Notes: generated by a model not told the origin, from the letters alone. 64,000 nt of DNA from Eledone cirrhosa (GCA_964016885.1 OZ024743.1:148180001-148244000), one strand, 5' to 3'. Shown: positions 1-13,069, numbered from the stretch's first letter. Numbers and translations: made by a program.

Positions 1-177
1 TGCGGCTCAGTGGTTACCGATGATATTGATCTTTTCTTCTTTTCGGGTTATAGCTACTGTCGCTCAAAGAGTGGGAGTGGCTCAGTGCAAAGTCTTTTCT
101 CACTTCAGGCATTGCCCGATAGAATTAATTGATATCGTGCAATGGCCATATTCGATAATGAGGGGGCAGCCACCATC
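1..177 (+). mobile_element. 3' part of a non-autonomous RTE-related repeat (cut by window edge)
   Basis: Near-identical to the reverse complement of 53372-53582; ends ...gggggcagccacca like 31686 and 53372. Confidence 0.6.
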
Positions 178-865
178 ATGTATGTATGCAGATATGTACA
201 TATATATACGTGTGTATCTGTGGACTACTACTGTATATACTTTTGATGCTCAACACTCACATTTTGAAAATATTCTAAGCGTCTGAAATACTTAAGGTAA
301 AACAAGAAAATGTCTTCCAAAGATACGACCACACAAAACATACATTTACTATAGTATTATTTAGGCTAGGTATATTCTGATGAAGGACAAACTTTTCCGA
401 AATGCATAAAGGAAAACTCATGTTTTTCAAAATAATGATGAATAGCTAAAACTGTTTATATATCATTCTTTTGAGGGTATGATTTCTAAATCAAAAACTG
501 CACGCACACTTAAAATCTTTCCTTTTGCTTCAATGTACATGAATTTTAAATAGCATTAAATTCGATCAATCCATAAAAAGAAAGAAACAAATCCCTTTGC
601 ATCACCACAAGTTGTTCACTAACTAGAATCTCGGAGACTTCGAAGTGAAGTTCTGTCCACTCTTTGATGTTACATTTCCATCGATTAGTCTTTATAACTC
701 GTATATAGAGAATATAAAGAACTATATACAATTGTGCATAAGAACCGTGAAAGCGGTAAAGTAAATAAATATTCTTAAAAGACTCCAGCTGCATTTTCAA
801 TTTCTTTTCCAGATATATTTATCCGTGTGGGACATTTTAAAATACATTACTTTCTTATATATATA

Positions 866-1056
866 GGCGGTGGGTTGGCAGTATTGGTAGAGTGTCGGAT
901 GCCATGCTTTGGCGCATAGAGTTACGGCCCTTGCCATTCTGAGTTCAAATCCCGCCGAGGTTAACTTTGCCTTTCATCCTTACGGGGGTCGATAAAATAA
1001 AGTACCAGTAATACACTAGGTATTTGCTGGCCTTGTGCCTAACGTAGAAACAATTA
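866..1056 (+). mobile_element. tRNA-derived SINE with Meta-domain-like core
   Basis: A-box tggcagtattgg, B-box gagttcaaatcc, core gcctttcatccttacggggtcgataaaataaagtaccag, tail gtagaaacaatta; TSD attactttcttatatatata on both sides. Confidence 0.85.
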
Positions 1057-1080
1057 CTTTCTTATATATATATATATATA

Positions 1081-1119
<39 letters not shown>

Positions 1120-1251
1120 AAACAAAATTTCTTTTCTTTATAATATAACTGCAACATTTTAATAAATATTGGCTGTACAGGTAATCAAAGTATGTATGTA
1201 TTTTTGGGACACACTGTATATTATATATTTATGTGCATATATATATGAACG

Positions 1252-1459
<208 letters not shown>

Positions 1460-1544
1460 TGGGTGAGTTTGTGGTGTGTGTATATGTACGAGTATTCTAA
1501 AAGGGTAAAGGGGAAATATATATATGCAAATGCAGCAGCAGCTA

Positions 1545-1601
<57 letters not shown>

Positions 1602-1918
1602 CCGGAGAAGAAGGAAAAATGTGTATTAGAAAAAACCCACACTTATACCATGTTTTTTTATGAAAAGAATGATGTGACGTTGCTTACATACGTTAAGTTA
1701 TAATATTTTGTATAATTAACGTGAATTAAAACCTTCACAATCCTCTATCAAACGACGAGATACTGCTCAGATATTAATTTATTGTATATATCGCATATCT
1801 TTATCTATTTTTTAGAATCTCTTTTTGATCAGTGATATAACGTATGATTGTCTGTGTGCATGCCTCTGTAATCCGTGGGAGGATTTCCATATGATTATAT
1901 ATATATATATATATATAT

Positions 1919-1968
<50 letters not shown>

Positions 1969-2027
1969 TTTGTTATTGGAAGGATGACCCTTCCAAATTA
2001 CACAAACAAACACACACACGAATGTAC

Positions 2028-2091
<64 letters not shown>

Positions 2092-2124
2092 GGAGAGATA
2101 CATAGATACATACATATATATAAT

Positions 2125-2164
<40 letters not shown>

Positions 2165-2229
2165 GGCGTGTGTGTGTATGTTCGTGTCTGTATAATTTGG
2201 TAGGGTCATGCTTCCAATAATGAGAAATC

Positions 2230-2263
<34 letters not shown>

Positions 2264-3215
2264 TGTGTATGTGTGTATGAGTGTACGTGCGCGCGTGCAT
2301 GTGTGCGTGTGTCTGTACATGAAGGATCGATATTTGTACGTGTATTTCTACGTGTTAATTAAATAAGAACATAATAAATATATTGACAGGAAGAATATTT
2401 AAAGTTAGTGAGAGAGTTAGATGGAAATGGATATTTCTAGAGGCTGATATTTCTGACAGTCAGTAATAATTCCATAATTACAGTGTCTGTTCATTAAAGA
2501 TATAATGGTTACTACGCATAGTTACTCATATGAACACACATACTTACATAATACATAAATACATGCATACATACATGCATATATACACACGTACATACAT
2601 TCATACATACTTACCTACATACATGCATACATACATACTTATGTACATAAATACATATATACATACACATATATGTACTTAAAATATACTTGCGTAGATG
2701 CAGACATTCATGCATGCATACATACACACGTACATACATTCATACATACTTACATACATACATGCAGACATACATATATACATGCATACATATATATATA
2801 TACATACAAACATACATATATGTGTATGTTTATTAGTTAGCATAGAACCCATTAAAAATGAAGAAAACATTTAATTAAATAATTCCTCGATTACAATAGT
2901 CTATGTAACGATGTTTTAATTCTTTAGTTTTTATTGACCTCTTGTTACATCGGCAGTCATCGTATTTCATTTTAAATTCTCTTAAATAAATATAGTTTTT
3001 TAAACACTATTAAAAGTATGGCCACTGTGATACCAATGTTTTTATCATTCATCAAACTGCTATAAAGATTTGTGCTTTGTTCGTTGGTAAATATATAAAG
3101 AAAGACAGTGAGACTACCGGATAGGACGGAAGTTAGATGGATCATATGTTGTGATACCATAGACCATATTATATCTACATGAATTTGCGCACACACAGAG
3201 AGACAGACAGGCACA

Positions 3216-3426
<211 letters not shown>

Positions 3427-3759
3427 ACACACACACACGCACATATATATATTTATATACGTATGTGTGTATAAATATATATTTTATATAAAAATAATCA
3501 CGCAAGGAAAATATGTGTCTGACTGTATCTGTGTATGTATATACATCTGTATGTATGTATATTTTGACAGTAAAATCAGATACTTTAATATTTACATTTT
3601 TTCGATGACATTCTCTACTGGCACTTGCGCACATTACCCCTTCTCAGACAAATCGTCTTTCACAAACCAGTTTTTATGTCATCACTTACTTTATTATGAT
3701 CATAAGTCTGTGTGTGGGTGTGATTGTGTGCGGGTATGTGTGTGTGTGTGTGCGCGCGC

Positions 3760-3847
<88 letters not shown>

Positions 3848-3850
3848 GTG

Positions 3851-3942
<92 letters not shown>

Positions 3943-4989
3943 GTGTGCGTGTGCACGTGCGCATGTATGTGTGTAATGAAGTCGATATATAATACACGAG
4001 TGAGCCCTCAATAGATGTCAGCAGAATATAATATTCATTTTCCAACGAAAACTACGACTTCTCCCCCAACGACATCAAAATGAGAACATCGAAGTCCCTC
4101 TTACATTTTAAATTTAAAATAACAAATTCGTAGTTCATTGTTAATAATCATAGGGATGTATATGAAAGAATATATGAAACTTTTATGAACAACAAACAAG
4201 CGAGATATTCGCTAAGAATGTTTTTGTAGGTTGTGGCCATGTCACTTCTAATTGATAATAGTGTCTGTGTAAAATCACTATGCGGTGAAAAGAGATATAA
4301 GTGTTAAATTTCGATACGGCAGTAAGAGTAATTTACAATATTTCTTAACCAATAATTTAATATTCTTTTATTCTGGTATTATATTTCCTAGTAAGACAAA
4401 TAACTGTATCACAAACAGAAAAGAATGTGTTGCCAAAATTGAATCTTGTACAGAAGTGAATTGCTTTCAATTAATCAATTCTGTGGCAATAAAAATATTC
4501 GTGACCTGAGATTCTCAAGTCACATCCACTGTGACATATTATTAGCTGCACGAAGAAGATTGTTCACAGTGACACCATCACTTCTTAAAACAGGGGGACA
4601 CTAGGTTATGTTATGTAGCTCTTTGCTACGACCTAAATTAGAACGTCTGTTACCCAATGTTTTACTCATAGCATGATTTGTTAAATTTGACAAAGACGTA
4701 CTAACTCGTAATACTTTTGAATAAGTGATTCCCGGTATACTGTTTTAAAAACAAAGTCGAATGGATGGCCATGTCTTCATTAAGTTTTGGTGATGATTCT
4801 GCTTCATCAGAGCTAAACTGGGGCTAATCAACAAAATCAATATTGGAGATTGGGATGGCAAAGTTTTGTATCGCAAAATTATTGAATCAGGAATTTGTTA
4901 TTAGAAATAGAGGACCTGTCCTATTTGAGGAAAATGGGGGTATTTAGAGACAGCTATGCTAAAATGTTCTGAATGGAGGTGGAGGCATT

Positions 4990-6075
4990 AGCAGGTCACT
5001 CCGGGGGAACTAGATTGTTATAGAAGATAGGTACAGTAGAAAAAGTGTTGGGCCCACTTCTTTCATTATATCAATGACATTAGTGACGTCATCAAACACA
5101 GCAACATAATATGTTTTTGCAGATGATTCCAAGTTCCAGGAGGTCATCAATGGAGTGGGTGACTGGACATGCCTTCAATCAGATCTACTGGTTGTTATCC
5201 AATAGGTGGGGGGGGGGGGGAACAAGATACTATAGAACAAGGCTGAATTCGATTAATCCACTTTGGAAAAGATGCACTGAAGATCGCATAATCCTTTCCT
5301 TCAGGTGAAACTCTCCTGGCATCCAACAACATCAGAGACTTAGGAGTAATTGATGATAACAACATAAGCTGGGCCACTGAAGTAAAGAGCAAAGTTGACA
5401 TAACACGCAGAATGTGTTCCTGGATTCTCAGAACTTTCTATTATTATTCTCTTTTCTATATTTGCCCGACCTCACCTTGAACACTGTTGTCTACTGTGGG
5501 ATCACCACACAAAACAATGTTTTATGAAAATTGAAGCGCCTCAAAGGTCGATCACAACAAAGATAGATGACATTACAGGCCTTGGCTATTGGGGTTGATT
5601 AGAAAAGCTCAAACTCTACTCTCTCCAACGCCTCCGTCAACGCTACAGTATCTGCATGATGTGGAAAATATTCCATCAGCATTGCCCAAAAGATGTTGGC
5701 ATCAACTTTAAAGTATACCACATTTTTGGGCCCCCTGATAATCGCCCACAACCAATATCAAACTTGCATCTCATAACAATTTTCTGGCACAATTATTTCA
5801 CCTCAACTGATCCCGTTCTCTTTAACATTACACCAAAATACATTAAAACAGAAAGAGATCCCATAAAATTGAAATCAACTTTACACAAATTCCTAGAAGA
5901 AATCCCGGATAAACCTCCTACACCCAGATATGTCTCTGTAAACAATAGCCACCTCTAATTCAGCGGGCCTTAGTGTGGAAATCCTGATTTGAAAGACTTT
6001 GCCAGGTGGTACTGTTAAATTAGACATGGCCTGGGCCAATACTGGCCAGAAACTATCAACGTTATCAAAGTTATA
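4990..6075 (+). mobile_element. Decayed 5'-truncated CR1-type LINE (RT C-terminal region and 3' UTR)
   Basis: Frameshifted motifs VLGPLLF..INDI, FADDSK (5116), DLGVI.DNNISW, RPHLEHCCLLW, LYSLQRLRQRY. Confidence 0.8.
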
Positions 6076-6079
6076 TATA

Positions 6080-6370
6080 TATTATTATCTTCGTTTTTTT
6101 TCCGTTTATTGCCAGGGAACGTTTCCACGAACCAAAGTATCGTCTTCCTGTCTTCCTACGGTTGCAACGTTTTTCGAAATATTTACTTCTGCGTTCACAG
6201 ATTGATTTTTTTACTTTCAGAAGATCCCGTTAAAGGTGAAAGCAGCGATTCTCTGCGTAAATTTTAATCTGTTATTTTAATAAATATTTGCTCTACGGTT
6301 CTTATATATTTGATATATATTTATCCTTATCGAGCCCTCTTTGGATTTTAATCTTCAAATTTATTATTAT
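6080..6370 (+). mobile_element. 3'-end (pLTR) fragment of the Penelope-like element at 36354-39030 (family E), with HHR-like fold at 6213-6263
   Basis: Matches 38745-39030; CAGAAGA-tccc..aggt-GAAA-gcag..ctgc. Confidence 0.75.
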
Positions 6371-6550
6371 TGGCAGTATCGGTAGAGGGTCGGACGCTAT
6401 GCTTTGACGCATAGAGTTACGTGCCTTGCCATTCTGAGTTCGAATCCCGCCGAGGTTAACTTTGCCTTTCATCGTTACGGGGTCGATAAAATAAAGTACC
6501 AGTAATTCACTGGATAAATTGCTGGCCTTGTGCCAAAAAGTAGAAACAAT

Positions 6551-6553
<3 letters not shown>
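6370..6553 (+). mobile_element. tRNA-derived Meta-domain-like SINE
   Basis: Same family as 866-1056. Confidence 0.85.
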
Positions 6554-6601
<48 letters not shown>

Positions 6602-6640
6602 AATATATATATATATACATACACACACACACACGCACAC

Positions 6641-6672
<32 letters not shown>

Positions 6673-6710
6673 AAAATACAGATATAATATAGACACAAAC
6701 ACATATATAT

Positions 6711-7410
6711 AGTCTAACAAAGTTCTTTCGTTGCACATCTGCAACATGGTCAGTGGTGCTATTATGTTTCCTCTTGTTGTATTGTATGTCTACGCCATCT
6801 TTATTTAATCTGTTTATTTATTTATTTTTATTTATATTTGTCTTCTTCTATGTGCAGGTGTTTGCCTGTGTGTATAGTGTTTGTTGTGTGTTCGCGTTTG
6901 GGTGACTGTGTTTTGGTTATTGTATTCTATCTTAGTTTACTAGTGTGTGTTTATATGTGTTTGTGTTGTTATTGTGCTTGTGTATATATTTATTTATTTA
7001 TATTTCTCTTAGGTCAGTATTGTTTGTTTGGATATTGTTGTTATTCCATTCATTTTTTCTGTTTAGCTTTGGCCTTCTAAGTTCTATTTCACTGGCCTCT
7101 CTGATTTGCCTATCTGCTGGGTCATTTCTATGTTTAGATATTATTTTAATTTCTATGTTTTCTATGTTACCGTCATATGTTACTGGCGTGTTCGTATAGT
7201 ACTGAACCGTTATTTCTTCCTTTTAGTTCCCTTCAGTGTTGGTCTATCCTTTCACCTATGCTACGAGCTGTCTTGCCTATGTATGTTGTTGTCATGTTTC
7301 GTCAAGTACCCTCTGTACATCTTGTGCTATAGACTACGTTTCTAGTTTTACAGTTTATCCGGGGTTTACTTTACATATAATACATTTCCTATTACTACAG
7401 TGGGTTTTCT
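6711..7410 (-). mobile_element. 5'-truncated Penelope-like element (GIY-YIG end and 3' UTR), same family as 29990-31090
   Basis: Colinear with 29995-30670. Confidence 0.8.
6716..6757 (-). ncRNA. Degenerate minimal hammerhead ribozyme in PLE 3' UTR
   Basis: Minus strand acca-CTGACCA-t-gttgca gatg tgcaac-GAAA-gaac-TT-tgtt; the sister copy near 30010 retains CTGACGA. Confidence 0.55.
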
Positions 7411-7430
7411 TATATATACATATAAAGATG

Positions 7431-7468
<38 letters not shown>

Positions 7469-7610
7469 AAAGAATAGAGGTGTAACACACAAGTTATGAT
7501 ATATTGGTAAACGGAATAGAAAATGCTGACAAATTGTTCAGTGAAAAGTAGTTTAATTAGGAATAAGTGAGAATTAGTAATAGTATTGTTTAGTATTCAG
7601 TTTTGGTTTT

Positions 7611-7664
<54 letters not shown>

Positions 7665-8537
7665 TTTTATATTTATATATATATATGAATGCATGTGATA
7701 CACGTGTTAACACATACATATTTGCATATAAAACAATTTGCACAGGAATTTTTGTTAGAATGTACATACGTGTAGGTGTGTTTATGTGTTACTTGTGTGT
7801 ACTTGGCTTCCTGTTTGTTACGAAAAAAATCTACTAATATATACATAATATAATTATAACATATATACATAGATATTATGATTTATCATGTATCATACAT
7901 ATATATTTTGTCATGTATAATAAATATATCTCTATCTGTTTTGCATAACATACATATATCTCTATCATATTTTTACAAGTACATACACGTACAAACTAAA
8001 GCAACATAGTAAATGTAAATAAATAAATGAATAAATGAAGATTAGAATTTTTGAATAGCAAGTTTCACATTGGGAGATATCTATTGAATTCTGAAACTTT
8101 TCTCTGCTATATGTGTTTGATATTTTGTATGTGTGTGTGTGTCAGTGTGTATGTGTCCGTGTGTGAATACGTCAGCATTTATGTAATTGCGTGTGTCTAA
8201 GCATGTGGGGAAAACTGGAGAAGTAGTTTGCATAGATGGCTTGAAGAGCAAAGATGTTAATCCACTTAATAATTTTAAAGAAGCTCTTAGCGTTCTATAA
8301 TAGAGCACCATAAACGGCTCCCAGTGAAAAACCTGTTTGGTCAAGAAGGAAGAAAAGATATAGAAGAAAGAACGGAAGAAAGTAAGAATAAACAATTATT
8401 GCAAAAAGTAGATTACACAATGGAAAATAGATAGATATGTGGTTAAATAGAGGGATAGATAGATAGATAAGCAGATAGATAGAGAGAGAGTTAGATGCAT
8501 GCAGATATACATACAAATGTACACACATACATACATA

Positions 8538-8589
<52 letters not shown>

Positions 8590-8592
8590 TAT

Positions 8593-8674
8593 GGTTCTCT
8601 GATGAGCTTTGGTTTTCCATCAGATATCCATTGGATTCTGGGGTTTTACAAAGCGAAACTGATCAGTAAGGGCC
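8593..8674 (+). ncRNA. Type I hammerhead ribozyme
   Basis: ggttct-CTGATGA-gctttg..caaagc-GAAA-ctgatcag-TA-agggcc; intact core, GUA site, palindromic stem III. Confidence 0.85.
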
Positions 8675-8990
8675 ATTAAAAGAGGTAAATATTTATATTA
8701 TATTTTTTAATTTATTTTTAAAAATTGGTTGAATTTTACTTGTTCTGCTTATCTTAATATTAAAGTTCTGGTATATCAAATTAATACCATTGAACAACCT
8801 TGAATCATAGACAACCTATGTATTTCTAGGGGTAGCTAGTATCCCTAGACATATTAACTTCATTCATATATATATATATATATATATATAGGAGTGAGTG
8901 TAGTAACACATCATTTTCTCACGAGCGATCTACTATCAACTATATATGTATATGCATCTATCTTATTAAATTTCGCCCCTACATATGTGT

Positions 8991-9073
<83 letters not shown>

Positions 9074-9076
9074 CGC

Positions 9077-9129
<53 letters not shown>

Positions 9130-9179
9130 CGTGTGTGTGTATAGATTCCCCTATAATTTAATGACCGCAAGGTATAGAT

Positions 9180-9770
9180 TTCCGGGCTCTGTGTATTTCG
9201 CTCTATATTTTGATATATATATATATATTTCTGTTGGGGCTCTGAAATAGCGATGTATATATGAATGTACGTATTATATATCTAATTATATACTGTATGT
9301 TTATTGAAAAATATTTTGAAGGCTTTCGCTATGAATTCAAGGTACTGACTAACGTCACAAAAAATAACCAACGATCGTTTCTCACTGTTTAGTTGTTATC
9401 AAGGCTGTACTTCCCTTGTTTTTTTTTTGTGAACTATAGAAGCTAGATTCTTATAGAATTCCAATTATGTTCATGAGCTGTTTAAAATCATTAACACACA
9501 GAGCAGTTACCGGCACAGCAACAATTACAAAGTCATGTTGCTGCTCTGGAACAGCGATGTATTTATGAATCTACACATTGTATATTTAATAATATACTGT
9601 ATGTTTATTTTAAAACATTTTGAATGCTTTTTGCTATGAATTTAATGTAGTGACTAAAGTCACATACCTAGCTTCAGTAAAAACAAATGGAAATAACCGA
9701 CGATCAATATTGTTTAGCGGTTATCAAGGCTATAACTTCGTTGGAAATGATTGAAGCTCTATTGGAGCTT
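9180..9770 (-). mobile_element. Decayed ~305-325 nt tandem repeat (family C relative) with variant HHRs at 9365-9407 and 9694-9732
   Basis: gctctgaaatagcgatg at 9239 recurs at 9544; similar to 36903-37352; minus strand agcc-TTGATAA-..-GAAA-cgatcg-TT-ggtt. Confidence 0.65.
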
Positions 9771-10008
9771 ATATATGTGTCTGTAAGTTTGTGTATGAAT
9801 GTATGTATTCATTACATAACCACACCCATCCACATACATATAAACAAATATACATACATTATCTACGGATATAGTTCAATATATGTTTCATAGATAAATA
9901 GATATGTATCTCCTTCTGAGATAGATAAAAATTATGTGATCGATCGCAATAATTAATGAAAACATCAACACCACCAGCAGCAATAGCTGGAGTAATATTA
10001 GTCGTAAT

Positions 10009-10113
10009 AATTGTTTCTACATTTGGCACAAGGCCAGCAATTATTCCAGTTTATTACTGGTACTTTATTTTATCGACCCCGTAAGGATGAAAGGCAATGT
10101 TAACCGTGGCGGG
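10009..10113 (-). mobile_element. 5'-truncated SINE copy
   Basis: Reverse complement of the SINE core and tail. Confidence 0.8.
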
Positions 10114-10369
10114 TAGTAGCGAAACACCTCGAGATAACAAGGAAACCTTAATGCAGTCGCATGACTGAACCTGCAAACAATTGCTGCCAAATATCTTCCT
10201 CAAGTACTACTCTAAAGTCTTCAAAACATTTAGATATTCAGAATAAATTAGTAGTAGCGGTGGTGGTGGTGGTAGTGGGTACAGGAAACACTTGAAAATG
10301 TAGGTCAAGAAGCATTGCCGCAGGGAAGTGATGTATATAGCATATATAAATATATATATATATATATAT

Positions 10370-10559
10370 AGTAATAATAATAAATTTGATGACTAAAATC
10401 CAAAGAGGGCTTGATAAGGATAAATATATATCAAATGTATAAGAACCGTAGAGAAAATATTTATTAAAATAACAGATTAAAGTTTAAGCAAAGAATCGGT
10501 GCTTTCACCCGTAACCGGATCTTCTGAAACTCACTTTAATCTGTTATTTTAATAAATAT
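10370..10559 (-). mobile_element. Family E PLE 3'-end fragment with short 5' inversion; HHR-like fold at 10481-10531
   Basis: Reverse complement of 38872-39030; 10534-10559 inverts ~10457-10482. Confidence 0.75.
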
Positions 10560-10614
10560 ATATATATATGAAACAAAAACAAAGAGCGTTTACATCATCA
10601 ATTAATCTTTATTT

Positions 10615-10659
10615 GCTGACAGTGTTTCGTCCTTGAATAATTGCAGGTCACATCAGAGC
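10615..10659 (-). ncRNA. Degenerate minimal hammerhead ribozyme
   Basis: Minus strand gct-CTGATGT-gacct..aggac-GAAA-cactg-TC-agc, followed by aataaa. Confidence 0.65.
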
Positions 10660-11047
10660 GTTATAAAGAGGAATTAGATCAATAGTATAAACTCTACCGA
10701 CCTATATCACAAGAACGATCCATGTGTAGCACAGAGGACTAAGTAGAGTGGGGTGCGTGGACGACGCGTCACCGCTAGATGCCGATACATATAAGACCAA
10801 AATCAGTTACAATAATTAAAGATAAGGAAAAATTAAGTTAAGGAAATTAAAGATAAGAGATAAAACGTAAAGGGTAGAGTCTAGAAGTAAGGATCAAATA
10901 AAGATAACAATAAAGTGATGATAATATAAGAAAATATAAAAAAATAATAAAAATAATAAAAATAAAAATGAGAAGAAAATATGAGAATAAAAATAGGTGA
11001 TAAAAATAAAGATAAAAATAAAAATGAAAATAAAAAATATATATATA

Positions 11048-11241
11048 TAACGAAGGAGTTGTGGTAAGGAACCAGATGGACCATAACGCACCAGAGTACT
11101 CAATACTTAGGGTAGTAGAGTGGGTAATAGGAAAAGGTATGACCCCGACGGCAGAGCTGAAGCCGTTTCGACGGCTATTTCTGGACTGAAATAGCAGTCG
11201 AAACGGCTTGAGCTCTGCCGTCGGGGTCATACCTTTTCCTA
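11048..11241 (-). mobile_element. Family D short repeat with inverted 5' duplication
   Basis: 11128-11181 and 11188-11241 form a near-perfect hairpin; body matches 13458-13589 and 37351-37492. Confidence 0.7.
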
Positions 11242-11256
11242 TATATATATATATGT

Positions 11257-11300
<44 letters not shown>

Positions 11301-11438
11301 ATGAAGAAGGATTAAGATCAGCATGATTCTGACAACTACAAAGTTATAAGGCAGTTTGCCATGTATTTTTCATATATATATACATATATATATATAATAT
11401 ATATTATATATGTATATATATACAATATATTATATATA

Positions 11439-11519
<81 letters not shown>

Positions 11520-11807
11520 CAAATAACGAAACGAAATTAAATTTCGTTTCGCTTCTAACTCACTTTTGTATGACTGACGCTTAAACAATTAAGTTAAAAG
11601 TGTACATCTACATATGTATATGGAAATATTAGTATGCATATAAATACACACATGTATACATATGTACATGTACTGAGTTTTTCACTGGACACTTTACTGT
11701 GAGTGTCCAGCTAGTCTGTATGTAACCAAACAGACAAACCGGGTTTTAGAGTCATACGGGTTTTCAAGGAAACACATTTCCTCTATTCTCCAGAGAGCCA
11801 GACAGGA

Positions 11808-11850
11808 ATATTGGACTAGTTTCGATGTTATTACATCTCATCAGCAATAT
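11808..11850 (-). ncRNA. Type I hammerhead ribozyme (array A, inverted unit)
   Basis: Reverse complement of atattg-CTGATGA-gatg taataa catc-GAAA-ctag-TC-caatat. Confidence 0.9.
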
Positions 11851-12086
11851 ATACCCATCTTCCGGCTTCTCTAGAGAATCGTAAAAGCACATATCGTTAT
11901 ATGCTTTTTCTATGAAAATTAGTAGTGGGCAGACTAATTTGCATAGAACGTGAGTCATTGTACGCACCGGTTCAGCGGAAACTATACGTTCTATGCAAAT
12001 TAGTCTGCCCACTACTAATTTTCATAGAAAAAGCATATAACGATATGTGCTTTTACGATTCTCTAGAGAAGCCGGAAGATGGGTTT

Positions 12087-12129
12087 ATATTGCTGATGAG
12101 ATGTAATAACATCGAAACTAGTCCAATAT
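12087..12129 (+). ncRNA. Type I hammerhead ribozyme (array A unit 1), predicted cut after 12123
   Basis: atattg-CTGATGA-gatg taataa catc-GAAA-ctag-TC-caatat; stem I extends via ctctagagaagccgg / ctggctctctggag. Confidence 0.92.
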
Positions 12130-12450
12130 TCCTGTCTGGCTCTCTGGAGAATAGAGGAAATGTGTTTCCTTGAAAACCCGTATGACTCTAAAACCCGGTT
12201 TGTCTGTTTGGTTACATACAGACTAGCTGGACACTTACAGTAAAGTGTCCAGTGAAAAACTCAGTACATGTACATATGTATACTTGTGTGTATTTATATG
12301 CATACTAATATTTCCGTATACATATGTAGATGTACACTTTTAACTTAATTGTTTAAGCGTCAGTCATACAAAAGTGAGTTAGAAGCGAAACGAAATTTAA
12401 TTTCGTTTCGTTATTTGTTTTTATCGTTTCCGCTGAACCGGTGCGTACAA

Positions 12451-12471
12451 TGACTCACGTTCTATGCAAAT
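12451..12471 (+). promoter_or_regulatory. AP-1 site (TGACTCA) plus octamer (ATGCAAAT) in array A units
   Basis: Exact motifs at 12451/12464 and 12922/12935, octamer alone at 11993; octamer also conserved in array B. Confidence 0.45.
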
Positions 12472-12556
12472 TAGTCTGCCCACTACTAATTTTCATAGAA
12501 AAAGCATGTAACGATATGTGCTTTTACGATTCTCTAGAGAAGCCGGAAGATGGGTA

Positions 12557-12601
12557 AATATTGCTGATGAGATGTAATAACATCGAAACTAGTCCAATAT
12601 T
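12557..12601 (+). ncRNA. Type I hammerhead ribozyme (array A unit 2), predicted cut after 12594
   Basis: aatattg-CTGATGA-gatg..catc-GAAA-ctag-TC-caatatt. Confidence 0.92.
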
Positions 12602-13026
12602 CCTGTCTGGCTCTCTGGAGAATAGAGGAAATGTGTTTCCTTGAAAACCCGTATGACTCTAAAACCCGGTTTGTCTGTTTGGTTACATACAGACTAGCTG
12701 GACACTCACAGTAAAGTGTCCAGTGAAAAACTCAGTACATGTACATATGTATACATGTGTGTATTTATATGCATACTAATATTTCCGTATACATATGTAG
12801 ATGTACACTTTTAACTTAATTGTTTAAGCGTCAGTCATACAAAAGTGAGTTAGAAGCGAAACGAAATTTAATTTCGTTTCGTTATTTGTTTTTATCGTTT
12901 CCGCTGAACCGGTGCGTACAATGACTCACGTTCTATGCAAATTAGTCTGCCCACTACTAATTTTCATAGAAAAAGCATATAACGATATGTGCTTTTACGA
13001 TTCTCTAGAGAAGCCGGAAGATGGGT

Positions 13027-13069
13027 ATATTGCTGATGAGATGTAATAACATCGAAACTAGTCCAATAT
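13027..13069 (+). ncRNA. Type I hammerhead ribozyme (array A unit 3), predicted cut after 13063
   Basis: Identical core and stems to units 1 and 2. Confidence 0.92.

Noticed and set aside
371-412. CTGATGA..GAAA-tgca-TA hammerhead
   Set aside because: Stems II and III plausible but stem I is only 2 bp; not listed as a feature
866-960. tRNA genes at SINE heads
   Set aside because: A/B boxes present but no cloverleaf; followed by SINE core, tail and TSD
11764-12173. Mirror-image 82-aa ORFs on opposite strands
   Set aside because: By-product of the inverted duplication of array A; the frame is not kept in unit 3 (indel near 13026) and is absent from array B
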